Below, one piece after another: positions 11,722 to 19,676 of a stretch of DNA of 32,000 bases. The notes beneath the pieces were generated by a model. It was not told the DNA's origin. It made no database searches and saw only the letters and a program-made list of their open reading frames with translations. How positions within the stretch are numbered: the stretch's first letter is position 1; each line of letters opens with the position of its first letter. The stretch covers positions 480,001-512,000 of the forward strand of contig CP025011.1 in the NCBI GenBank assembly GCA_002952755.1. Reading direction: 5' to 3'. This DNA comes from Candidatus Saccharimonadota bacterium. GTDB lineage: Bacteria > Patescibacteriota > Saccharimonadia > Saccharimonadales > UBA4665. The translations under genes and the position numbers were made by a program.

Positions 11722-12151
11722 TGACCGCCTTACTCCAACCCTTGTCCCAAGCAAGCGCGAGTGAGTTGATCAAGGTAGTCCGATCAGAGGCGGTCTTCGT
11801 CAGGAGATTGCCTCTGATCGTTGTTATGACCCAGCGCTGTACTCGCACCCTGGCGGTAGCTCGTGGCCAGTGACCACCCGTCCATCGATGTACAGCCGGG
11901 TAAATATCGGAATGAAGAAATAGGGCCGCCTGCTGGCAGCCTGGTAGACGTCAGGCTTGTTGAAGGGCAATCGCGGTAGCTGGATAGCATCGTCCCCTAA
12001 AATATTCGAGGCTACGTTGCACCTCCGGTGTGCAGCAAACGCCAGCCTTCTCTTACGTTCTCAGCTCCATCACAAACATGTCATTGCTTGCGTTCAGGAT
12101 ATTAGCGTCGTGAGCTTTGTGGCCGTCTACGGACAATTGTTAAGCTCACTC

Positions 12152-12180
12152 TTGACGCCGTATATACCATTATATATACT
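12152..12180 (+). promoter_or_regulatory. promoter TTGACG-N17-TATACT ending 7 nt before the antitoxin ATG (leaderless candidate); AT-rich partial palindrome in the spacer
   Basis: TTGACG at 12152..12157 and TATACT at 12175..12180. The spacer ccgtatataccattata contains TATATA-type half-sites, which could act as an autoregulatory operator. Confidence 0.45.
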
Positions 12181-12187
12181 ACGGTAT

Positions 12188-12475
12188 ATGAGTACTTTAG
12201 ATAAAACCATCATTAATATCAAGGTTAGCAAGACCCTAAAACGTGAAGCCCAGGACTTGGCTGACGAGATTGGTGTGCCTCTTACTACTGTAATAGCGGC
12301 AAGCTTGAAAGAGTTTGTTCGCAGTCGCTCGTTGACCGTGTCCGCTTTCCCTCGTCTAAGACCCGAGATTGAGCAGGAGCTTAGTCAAGCAATTGCGGAT
12401 TACAAAAACGGTAAGAATGTATCAAAGATTCTTGCTAAGCCTAGTGAAGTAGCAGATCATCTCAACTCTCTATGA
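12188..12475 (+). CDS. type II antitoxin, RelB/DinJ-like (ribbon-helix-helix)
   Basis: 95 aa. The N-terminus KTIINIKVSKTLKREAQDLADEIGVPLTTVIAASLKEFV resembles DinJ/RelB antitoxins. The stop overlaps the toxin ATG (ATGA). The longer ORF starting at 11957 is not protein-like. Confidence 0.75.
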   Translation: MSTLDKTIINIKVSKTLKREAQDLADEIGVPLTTVIAASLKEFVRSRSLTVSAFPRLRPEIEQELSQAIADYKNGKNVSKILAKPSEVADHLNSL

Positions 12476-12732
12476 ACGTTGTTTTCCATAAACGCTTCGA
12501 TAAGATGGCTAGCAAGCTTCCTCCAAAGATAAAAGCAAAGATGGTGGAGCGAATCACAATTTTTAGTAAAGATCCGCTCGACTATGCACTCAGAAATCAT
12601 ACCCTGAATACCCCATACAAAGGGAGCTATAGTATCGATATCACTGGCGATTATAGGGCTATCTATTTTTTAGTAGATGATGAGACGGCTATGTTTACGC
12701 ATATCGGCACGCATAGCCAGTTATATAGATAA
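12472..12732 (+). CDS. type II toxin, RelE/YafQ-family mRNA interferase
   Basis: 86 aa. LRNHTLNTPYKGSYSIDITGDYRAIYF...MFTHIGTHSQLY matches the RelE/YafQ pattern (H.L.G..kg..s..i..DyR.iy....GtHs.L). Confidence 0.8.
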   Translation: MNVVFHKRFDKMASKLPPKIKAKMVERITIFSKDPLDYALRNHTLNTPYKGSYSIDITGDYRAIYFLVDDETAMFTHIGTHSQLYR

Positions 12733-12969
12733 CCTATGACATTAGGGCCTACTTGACCGCGACTCCTATCGAGTTCGTCTAATTGATCGCTTTAAAACCG
12801 CTGGCCGCCCCAATTCGTGTTCGGCCGGTCTGCCACGGGTAATAGCCAAGCGTCCCGAATAGGGCAGCGTTTCTTGCGCAATGTGATTTTTCGAATCCTC
12901 ACTCAACTCATTATAGTGGAGGGTCAGAGTTGGTTTAATAGTCTTGCCCGCTGTTGTACTATTACTTGC

Positions 12970-14334
12970 ATGGAAGTTATTACACCTTGGCAAGTGGCTT
13001 GGCCGGCGTATGCGTCCCGCTATGTGCCTGACCGATTTGGCGGGCCCGTCCAGGATCGTCGCTTTGATTTAATTGAGGTTGGTCCTGATGGTAATGAGTC
13101 GACGACTTTCGTGGCTCATATTCCAGGAGTAGAAGCTACTAGAAACACGCACCGCATTCTCGTACATGGCGATTCGGTAGCCTGGGGGTGTGATGACGAC
13201 GAGCAGGCCAACCGATTGCTGCCAAGAGATCGCTTTCCCATACAACTCCTTGGTAATCTCGCACTTTTGGACAACGGGAGCTATACGAGTTTCGAGCATG
13301 CGGTAAACGGCATGACAACGGACCAGGACCGCGTAGGCAGACCAGGTAGAAACAGTTTGGCTGTATTCCCTGAAGTGCTTTCACGTGTTAAGCCGCATTC
13401 AGTGGTGGTACACCTTGGGCTGAACGATCTTAATAATGAGATACGCCGTACCGCAGTCGAGTCTGCAGCTGGCGTTAGTCGGAACTTGGACGCGATTATT
13501 ACGCATAATGCTAGGCAGCGGTTGGAACGGAATCGTGTACAAAACGTAGTCGTGCTTGGCCCGTCACCGATCGTGCCAACGAGGCGTTTCGGCCGTCTCC
13601 AACTTGGCGATTATTTCTCTGAGCAATCGATTGCCGAATCGTTTTCTTTGGGCTCGGAGATTCGGAAGGTGGTGCATAGGTATGACGATCGCCATCCAGA
13701 CGTTTCTTTTTCCTTCACCCAAGTTAATTTCCATGGTCATAAGCGATGGGAGGGGTTGCATGAGCATGCAGACGGTCTGCACCTAGGCGCGCTCGGTCAT
13801 GCGGCTATTGCCCAGTCGGTTGCCCATGCTTTGTTGCGGCGTCCCGGGACGGAACTCATGAATGTTATGAATGGTTTTGAGGCGTACGATCCGAAGCTTT
13901 TAGATCATATGCTTCCGGCAGCTAACACGCTCCAGTACCGGGCTATGGTTAGTGCCGGTGGTCTGCCGCCTATGGGCGGGCCAGTGGAGCAATATGTCTG
14001 GCCAAGTCCACGTATTGTCGGCCCGGATCAACTCGTTTTGGACCATGCGGGTAACCCATTTTCTGAGGGATACCTGCTTGTGCGGGCCAAACCTAGCTGG
14101 GAAGAAAAACACCCTCATCCCATAACCCCCGATCAGTTGAAAGATTCATGGCAGCAGCCTGGCCTACGCATTTCTCGCCAAGCTCAGTCGCAGCTACCGC
14201 TACCTCCACGACCAGAGCTTCCGGTCCATATACGGGGGCGGGCGGGAAAACCTCTAGGTATCGGTGATTATAAAGATGATTTTCAAAGAGGAATGGCTCG
14301 CCTACTGGAGGGCGAAGCTCCACTACCGGGCTAA
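12970..14334 (+). CDS. SGNH/GDSL-family hydrolase with ~160-aa Pro-rich C-terminal extension
   Basis: All four SGNH blocks are present: I VHGDSVAWG (GDS at 13168..13176), II AVNGMTT, III HLGLNDL and V DGLH (13771..13782). The start is uncertain: the ORF maximum is 12817, and the first ATG giving protein-like sequence is 12970. Confidence 0.65.
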   Translation: MEVITPWQVAWPAYASRYVPDRFGGPVQDRRFDLIEVGPDGNESTTFVAHIPGVEATRNTHRILVHGDSVAWGCDDDEQANRLLPRDRFPIQLLGNLALLDNGSYTSFEHAVNGMTTDQDRVGRPGRNSLAVFPEVLSRVKPHSVVVHLGLNDLNNEIRRTAVESAAGVSRNLDAIITHNARQRLERNRVQNVVVLGPSPIVPTRRFGRLQLGDYFSEQSIAESFSLGSEIRKVVHRYDDRHPDVSFSFTQVNFHGHKRWEGLHEHADGLHLGALGHAAIAQSVAHALLRRPGTELMNVMNGFEAYDPKLLDHMLPAANTLQYRAMVSAGGLPPMGGPVEQYVWPSPRIVGPDQLVLDHAGNPFSEGYLLVRAKPSWEEKHPHPITPDQLKDSWQQPGLRISRQAQSQLPLPPRPELPVHIRGRAGKPLGIGDYKDDFQRGMARLLEGEAPLPG

Positions 14335-14414
14335 AGGGGGATGCTTTCCGCAAGCAAGAGGTGCATATTTACCGCACGTTTGTTACACTAGAACAGCTAT
14401 AAGGGGGGTTACGC

Positions 14415-14825
14415 ATGAAAAAAGATCTTTCTGGCATTTGGCAAAGCCACTACCGTTTCACCAGCAGCTCTCGTGCTGGCGAATATGAGGCCTGGCACTA
14501 TCTAAAGGTCCACCAAAAAGGCAACCAGCTGGTGGCTGAGAGCCTACCCGATGTGAATCATTCCTATTTGATATTACGTTTATCCCGGGACGGGGACGTG
14601 CTTACCGGCAGCTGGCAGGAAACGACAGACCCCGAGGGCTACTACAAGGGTTCTACGTATCACGGCGCCATTCAGTTGGTCATGAACGACGATGGCGGTT
14701 TTTCTGGCAAATGGGTTGGGGTTGGCAAAGAGCGGGTTATTAAGACTGGCCCGTGGAAGTTGACCTACATTGGCGAAGAGCTACCAGCCGGGACCAAAGC
14801 TCCGGAAGTGGCGGCGGTACCTTAG
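14415..14825 (+). CDS. hypothetical protein (136 aa)
   Basis: Strong Shine-Dalgarno (aagggggg) 6 nt upstream. The composition looks beta-rich. No motif recognised. Confidence 0.6.
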   Translation: MKKDLSGIWQSHYRFTSSSRAGEYEAWHYLKVHQKGNQLVAESLPDVNHSYLILRLSRDGDVLTGSWQETTDPEGYYKGSTYHGAIQLVMNDDGGFSGKWVGVGKERVIKTGPWKLTYIGEELPAGTKAPEVAAVP

Positions 14826-14884
14826 GCTCCCTCTGTTGCCATACGAATCCTTGCTGGGTGGACGCTCTCATTGTTATAAGTACG

Positions 14885-15511
14885 CTAGCGCCTTGCCAGT
14901 TCTATAATTGTCGCTTCAGTTATACGAGGGGGGCTGGAGGTGTCGAATCTATGCCAGGTTAGACCATGCTGCCTGGTTCCAAAGGGAAAAATAGTGATAT
15001 CTCTTTCTTCTAAATGTGCCACGTGAATGGCGGGGGAAAGTATGTCATCTGGTACCTCACCACCAAGAACAATTAAGCCGGTATCAGCTTCAACGAGTTC
15101 TGCCTCACACTCATCATATCTGTCAAAGTCTGGACCGCTGTTTGCCAGCATTACTTTACCGGCACCCTGAATAGTCCTATGGACGTTGAGGTATCGCGGG
15201 AAAGATTTATCGGGATAGGCGGAGTCCGTATGTAATCGCCCGGTCCCTTTATGAGTCCAGTCGCCAGAAAAAGATTGCGCGTCTAGCACACGCTCCCCGA
15301 CTATGTATCTTTCGCCCGTAATGCCGCTATATAGGGTGGCTACGTTTTGCGTAAGGATAGAGTAATCGCCTGCGTTTGCAGCCCGAATAACGAAACCCGG
15401 AAGGCCTATATCGTATATTTGCCTGAGGGCATCGTGCAGTTCGTCTTGAGTTGCCTCGAGTAGCGGCACCTCGCTTATAGGGGAGCGACTAGAGTGTCCG
15501 AGAATTAACAT
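14885..15511 (-). CDS. hypothetical protein (208 aa)
   Basis: Clean ORF convergent with 14415..14825. It contains an H-x-D (LHTDSAY) plus later His residues, which alone does not justify a dioxygenase call. Confidence 0.55.
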   Translation of the reverse strand: MLILGHSSRSPISEVPLLEATQDELHDALRQIYDIGLPGFVIRAANAGDYSILTQNVATLYSGITGERYIVGERVLDAQSFSGDWTHKGTGRLHTDSAYPDKSFPRYLNVHRTIQGAGKVMLANSGPDFDRYDECEAELVEADTGLIVLGGEVPDDILSPAIHVAHLEERDITIFPFGTRQHGLTWHRFDTSSPPRITEATIIELARR

Positions 15512-15643
15512 GCACGGCTATTATGGCATACTTACCAATGGCAGCGCGATGACTTGCAGAATAGCCTAGAGGTTACCAATTGTGCTAATCTGTTTTTATC
15601 CCGTGCTGCTGCCTGGCTGGATATCTACGCTGCGGGGTTTTTC

Positions 15644-15719
15644 GGGGCATTAGCTCATTTGGTAGAGCGCCTGCATCGCACGCAGGAGGTGGGCGGTTCG
15701 AATCCGCCATGCTCCACCA
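15644..15719 (+). tRNA. tRNA-Ala (anticodon CGC), CCA encoded
   Basis: Hand-folded. Acceptor GGGGCAT/ATGCTCC (G3:U70), anticodon stem CCTGC/GCAGG with loop ATCGCAC, and T arm GGCGG-TTCGAAT-CCGCC. 76 nt. Confidence 0.9.
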
Positions 15720-15849
15720 AATATAAACAAACGTTTATATTTTATCTGTAAAACGACAGATGCCGCCACAGCAATGTGACGGATTTTTGTATGGTACGTA
15801 TGCATGCTTACCTTTTAGATACATACTATATTTATGTATAGTATTAAAA

Positions 15850-16521
15850 ATGAATTCTCTAGTCGGCGAGGCGTATCTTGCTAGCAGCCAGAAACGTAAG
15901 TTTGAATGGTCGATAGCTATGGGTATAACACCGCCTGCTGCTGTTCTTATGGCGTTAGGCGCGAGCGCATTTTATGCCGAAAATCGTATTAATCCCATTT
16001 TTGTGCAGGAAAGAGACGGCCAGGGAGTGCAGCCTATCAAACTGTTTAAATTACGTTCATTCCCTTCTCTTGAAGACCTGGCCGACCAAAGTGCTGGCGA
16101 TACTGATCCGCGAGCTAGCCGTGTCGGCCGCATCTTGCGCAAATCAAAGATTGACGATCTAGCTGCTCTCTGGAATTTTTACAAGGGAGAACTTGCCCTT
16201 GTTGGCCCGCGTCCGATCGTACCTCAGGAGACCCTCGATACTTATGCTCTACTATCACCTACGGATAGGGAAGATTGGGTACATGCCAGAACTATTGCAC
16301 GGGCGGGCGCTGTCAGTGCGTTCAATAAGGTGGGCCGAACGCTAGAACCAGCATCGGAAAAGTATCTACTAGCTAGAGTAGAAGCTGATATTACCTATGC
16401 CGAGCAAGCTAGTATTGTGGTTGATACCAAAATAATGCTTGATGCTGTAGGAGGCGCACTGGCGCGTGTGATTGGAAGGACATTCAATTCGCCCCCTTCG
16501 CCTCCACTGGATGGACTATGA
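15850..16521 (+). CDS. small monotopic phosphoglycosyl transferase (bacterial sugar transferase, PglC/WbaP C-terminal type)
   Basis: 223 aa from ATG 15850. There is one N-terminal hydrophobic helix with a PP break (WSIAMGITPPAAVLMALGASAFY). Family blocks are NPIFVQERDG..QPIKLFKLRSF and DPRASRVGRILRKSKIDDLAALWNFYKGELALVGPRP. The upstream ORF extension to 15760 is not protein-like. Confidence 0.8.
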   Translation: MNSLVGEAYLASSQKRKFEWSIAMGITPPAAVLMALGASAFYAENRINPIFVQERDGQGVQPIKLFKLRSFPSLEDLADQSAGDTDPRASRVGRILRKSKIDDLAALWNFYKGELALVGPRPIVPQETLDTYALLSPTDREDWVHARTIARAGAVSAFNKVGRTLEPASEKYLLARVEADITYAEQASIVVDTKIMLDAVGGALARVIGRTFNSPPSPPLDGL

Positions 16522-17453
16522 GGCCCGTGTTGTTAGGACCAACTCCCATACGTGTGCTTGCCTTGGAAGCTGGCGGTCCTGCGAGCACGTCTGCTTTACT
16601 CCAGCTGAGAGAGAGCGGCCTTTCGGTAAAATTAATCGCCGCCGATATGGACCCGAATTGTGCGGTTAGTTCACTAGCTGATGAGTTTTATCGCGTATTG
16701 CCGGCCTCTAATGTAGCATATATCGATGAAGTGATTGACCTTATAACTCGCTGCCACGTCGATGTAGTGTTGCCGAGCTTCCATTTTGCTATGAGGGAGT
16801 TTGCAGAACTAGATCACCCAGCGTTTGTGAACGATTTCACCGCTGGGCTAGTATGTCAGGATAAATGGCAGTTTTATAAGTGGTGTCGCGACAATGGATA
16901 TAGCGTTCCTGAGACGACATTGCTGGCAGGTAGCAATAAGATTAAGGCAAGCAAGCTATATGCTAAGCCACGGTATGGCGTAGGTTCAAAAGGAAATTTT
17001 GCCTTAGCTCATCAGGAACTGAAGAATATTGCTGATTATTTGCAGCATCATGATGAGTATATTATTCAAGAATTTATTGATGGTGAAATGTGGGTCGTCG
17101 ATGCCATGCGATGCGATAGACAATTCCTAGGGTGTACCTCAGCGCGTGTGATCACCCAGCGTGCTGGTCATGCGGTTGCCGTAGAGATTATCACTAACCC
17201 TGAACTTGCCGCCCTCGCCGAAGACGTTCTAAACAAGCTGGATTATGAAGGACCTGCTAACTTTGATGTAATGCGTAGCACCGGGGGAGATTATTTTATC
17301 CTAGAACTCAACCCTAGATTTGGCGGCACTATCTGCTTTGCTCATGCTGCAGGAATCAATTTGCCAGCTTATCTCTTGAGTAGGCAGAAAAAGTTTCTTG
17401 GCGCGCCTATCGAGGGGCGGTATTCCCTTAGCAGCAACGTCGTGCGGCTCTAA
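16518..17453 (+). CDS. ATP-grasp domain ligase (311 aa)
   Basis: A pre-ATP-grasp Rossmann-like N-terminus (RVLALEAGGPA...KLIAADMDP...ADEFYRVLP...VDVVLPS) is followed by KWQFYKWCRDNGYSVPET, YAKPRYGVGSKGNF, IIQEFIDGEMWVVD and FILELNPRFGGT. The ATG overlaps the PGT stop (ATGA). Confidence 0.8.
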   Translation: MRPVLLGPTPIRVLALEAGGPASTSALLQLRESGLSVKLIAADMDPNCAVSSLADEFYRVLPASNVAYIDEVIDLITRCHVDVVLPSFHFAMREFAELDHPAFVNDFTAGLVCQDKWQFYKWCRDNGYSVPETTLLAGSNKIKASKLYAKPRYGVGSKGNFALAHQELKNIADYLQHHDEYIIQEFIDGEMWVVDAMRCDRQFLGCTSARVITQRAGHAVAVEIITNPELAALAEDVLNKLDYEGPANFDVMRSTGGDYFILELNPRFGGTICFAHAAGINLPAYLLSRQKKFLGAPIEGRYSLSSNVVRL

Positions 17454-17634
17454 TCACAAGAAACCGGTAGCGTCTTGCCTTTATCTTCACGTCCTCTATA
17501 GTCCACCAATTACCACTGTGTATATTTGATTACCTTGACAGCCTTGGGCCGGTTGAGAGCCGCGATGCACCCTGGTGGGCCGAGGTTTTCTGTCATTTTA
17601 GCTGTATAGTAATAGTCAAGCAAAAAGGAGGGTT

Positions 17635-17844
17635 ATGACGGAAGGATTACATGAAAATTCAGGAGCTTTAGACGACGAGAATGAAGGCCAGACTCCCAAT
17701 GGCGCGAGCGATGGACAAGTAAGGGGTTTTACTATCGTTGACAGTCCTTACGGGACAACTATGTATACGGGCGGTGCAACGTCAGTTAGCCTCGAAGTGA
17801 GTATAAAAATGCCAGAAGAACCTGGCGGAGATGCCCCGGCTTAA
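17635..17844 (+). CDS. small acidic protein/peptide (69 aa), orphan
   Basis: Strong Shine-Dalgarno aaaaggaggg 3 nt upstream. An extended -10-like TGTATAGT lies ~25 nt upstream. The N-terminal half is acidic and disordered, and the C-terminal half is Thr/Ser/Glu/Lys-rich. Coding status is unverified. Confidence 0.45.
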   Translation: MTEGLHENSGALDDENEGQTPNGASDGQVRGFTIVDSPYGTTMYTGGATSVSLEVSIKMPEEPGGDAPA

Positions 17845-17905
17845 GACTTGTATTGCCTGTCCAGGCTTCGAGCAAACTCTGGGGTGAGCTGCTATACTAG
17901 CACCT

Positions 17906-18622
17906 ATGTATCAATACCTCGTTGGCATGGCGATTGCGGGGTTCGTGTGGGCGCTGTTCTTTGTTGTGCGGAGAGATTTGCGGCGCACTATGCTGTGGGG
18001 TGGGCTCCTGTATGTTGCGTTGCTGAGCGTGGGCTTTGTGGCATACAGGCTGCTCTTCCATGACGTGACGCGCTCGATCACGCCAGGATATTGGTCGCCG
18101 CCAACGCTACTTGAATTGCAGAGCAAGACGCATGGCTACGGCATTGAGGACGCACTCTTTATGTTCTTTTTGGCTGGTAGTGCAACCTGTTTGTACGAGA
18201 TATGCTGCCACAAGAAACTCGAGTCTGTTGACCTTAAAAACCCCCGTATAAAGGCTATGTTGTTGGTCGTTTTGGTCAGCGCTATCGGTTCACTCGTGCT
18301 TTATAAGCTTTTTTATATGAATGACATATATTTGCTGATCGATTCCAGCCTATTTGCAGCCCTGGCTATATGGTGGATGCGGAGAGACTTGATTGTACAG
18401 TCGGTTGTGGGCGGCATATTCTTCGTAATCCTTTATATTGCAGAGTTTTCTGTCTTTACCCATATATTTTCGCATTTTATTGCCAACTACTATCATTTGC
18501 GAGCTACGAGTGGCGTCTTGCTGCTGGGGATTCCGTTGGAAGAGTACCTATATGGGCTAGCCTTTGGTCTGTTCTGGACGCCACTCTATCGCTTTATATA
18601 TGGGCTACAAAGAGCAGACTAG
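17906..18622 (+). CDS. lycopene cyclase domain-containing membrane protein (two-repeat, CrtYc/Yd-like)
   Basis: 238 aa and polytopic. It has two copies of the family's acidic motif at helix starts: GYGIEDALFMFFLAG and LGIPLEEYLYGLAFGLFW (PxEE-type). Confidence 0.7.
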   Translation: MYQYLVGMAIAGFVWALFFVVRRDLRRTMLWGGLLYVALLSVGFVAYRLLFHDVTRSITPGYWSPPTLLELQSKTHGYGIEDALFMFFLAGSATCLYEICCHKKLESVDLKNPRIKAMLLVVLVSAIGSLVLYKLFYMNDIYLLIDSSLFAALAIWWMRRDLIVQSVVGGIFFVILYIAEFSVFTHIFSHFIANYYHLRATSGVLLLGIPLEEYLYGLAFGLFWTPLYRFIYGLQRAD

Positions 18623-18628
18623 CGTTTT

Positions 18629-19585
18629 ATGGGCATACAGACCGTTCCTACTGAGTGGTCTGTTACAATAGATGACATGACATTTAAACAACTGAAACAA
18701 TCATCATATGCGCGGCTTTACATTCTGGGCGCCCTCTTATTATTGGTAGCCGGCGGCTTGTGGTGGAATAAGGTGGCCACAGACCCGCAGCAGGTCTTTT
18801 CGGCAATGATTGCCCAGAGTTTGCAAACCAGCGGCGTCACATTAGAGTCAGCACAGACAGTTAATGGCACCAATGCCAAGCAGACAGTGCAATATGCATT
18901 GGGCGCTCAAAATATGAGCCATTCCATTACCACACTTACGCAGCCCGGTACGGTAGTAACTGACGAGATGATTGGCACGCCAGGCACTGACTACACGAGA
19001 TACGATAGCATCCAGACTACTCAGAAAACGCAGTCGGGTAAGGCACTCAATCCATCCAAGGTGATTGGCGTATGGGCGAAGAGCCCGACTACGGGCGCTG
19101 GCAGTAATGCCTCGTTATCGCAGGCCATCCTCGGCACCTCGCTACCACTTGGCGGCATCGTTGTGCCGATGGGCACGCTCACCCCAGCGCAACGGGCGAC
19201 ATTACTTCAAGAAATCAAAACTGACAAAGTGTATCAGGCGTCATATAAAAACGTACAGCGTAAGACCGTGGCAGGTCGTTTGTTGTATACCTACGATGTG
19301 ACGATTCCGCCGATCGGATATGTCAAACTGCTGCGCAATTTTTCCCACGACATTGGGCTGCATGATCTCGACCAGGTGAATCCAGATAGTTACAAGGGTC
19401 AGCCCGACCTGCATCTGCGTTTAACGGTTGATGTGCGTGCTAGTCATCTGGCTCAAGTGTCGCTCACCCAGGGGCAATATTCTCAATCGTATACAGGATA
19501 CGACGAGCCGGTGCAGGTTGCTGTGCCTAAAAAGGCTATCTCCGTTGCTCAGCTGCAGCAGCTCTTGCAGCAAATGCAGCTGTAA
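18629..19585 (+). CDS. membrane-anchored extracytoplasmic protein (318 aa), paralog of the next gene
   Basis: A single TM (YARLYILGALLLLVAGGLWW) is followed by a Thr/Gln-rich soluble domain. It begins 6 nt after the preceding stop. Confidence 0.65.
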   Translation: MGIQTVPTEWSVTIDDMTFKQLKQSSYARLYILGALLLLVAGGLWWNKVATDPQQVFSAMIAQSLQTSGVTLESAQTVNGTNAKQTVQYALGAQNMSHSITTLTQPGTVVTDEMIGTPGTDYTRYDSIQTTQKTQSGKALNPSKVIGVWAKSPTTGAGSNASLSQAILGTSLPLGGIVVPMGTLTPAQRATLLQEIKTDKVYQASYKNVQRKTVAGRLLYTYDVTIPPIGYVKLLRNFSHDIGLHDLDQVNPDSYKGQPDLHLRLTVDVRASHLAQVSLTQGQYSQSYTGYDEPVQVAVPKKAISVAQLQQLLQQMQL

Positions 19586-19676
19586 CACGGGCTAGGCACA
19601 TGGATGGTTCTGCTTGCAAATGTTTTCGCTTATGTATAGGCTTGGAATAGTATCAAACGCTTAAGCTGGAAAAAAT

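Noticed and set aside
11722-12151. A possible RNase P RNA, tmRNA or SRP RNA in the gene-free stretch after tRNA-Ala(GGC). The minus strand contains ACCCGGCU, reminiscent of the RNase P P4 3' strand.
   Set aside because: Neither strand has a GAGGAAAGUCCGG-type P4 5' strand. There is no tRNA-like ...UCCACCA 3' end for tmRNA and no GGAAGCAGCC-type SRP helix-8 motif. The resemblance is limited to one octamer, so I report the region only as an unexplained structured region.
12817-12969. The upstream 51-codon extension of the SGNH hydrolase ORF, and an in-frame GTG at 12916 lying within a GGAGG-like stretch.
   Set aside because: The extension (MFGRSATGNSQASRIGQRFLRNVIFRIL...) is not protein-like, and no convincing Shine-Dalgarno is correctly spaced. 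The start remains uncertain, and 12970 is the most conservative choice.
15554-15751. A 65-aa ORF spanning tRNA-Ala(CGC). The analogous ORFs 11651..11848 (-) and 11682..11873 (+) span tRNA-Ala(GGC).
   Set aside because: They overlap well-folded tRNA genes and have no ribosome-binding sites or protein-like composition.
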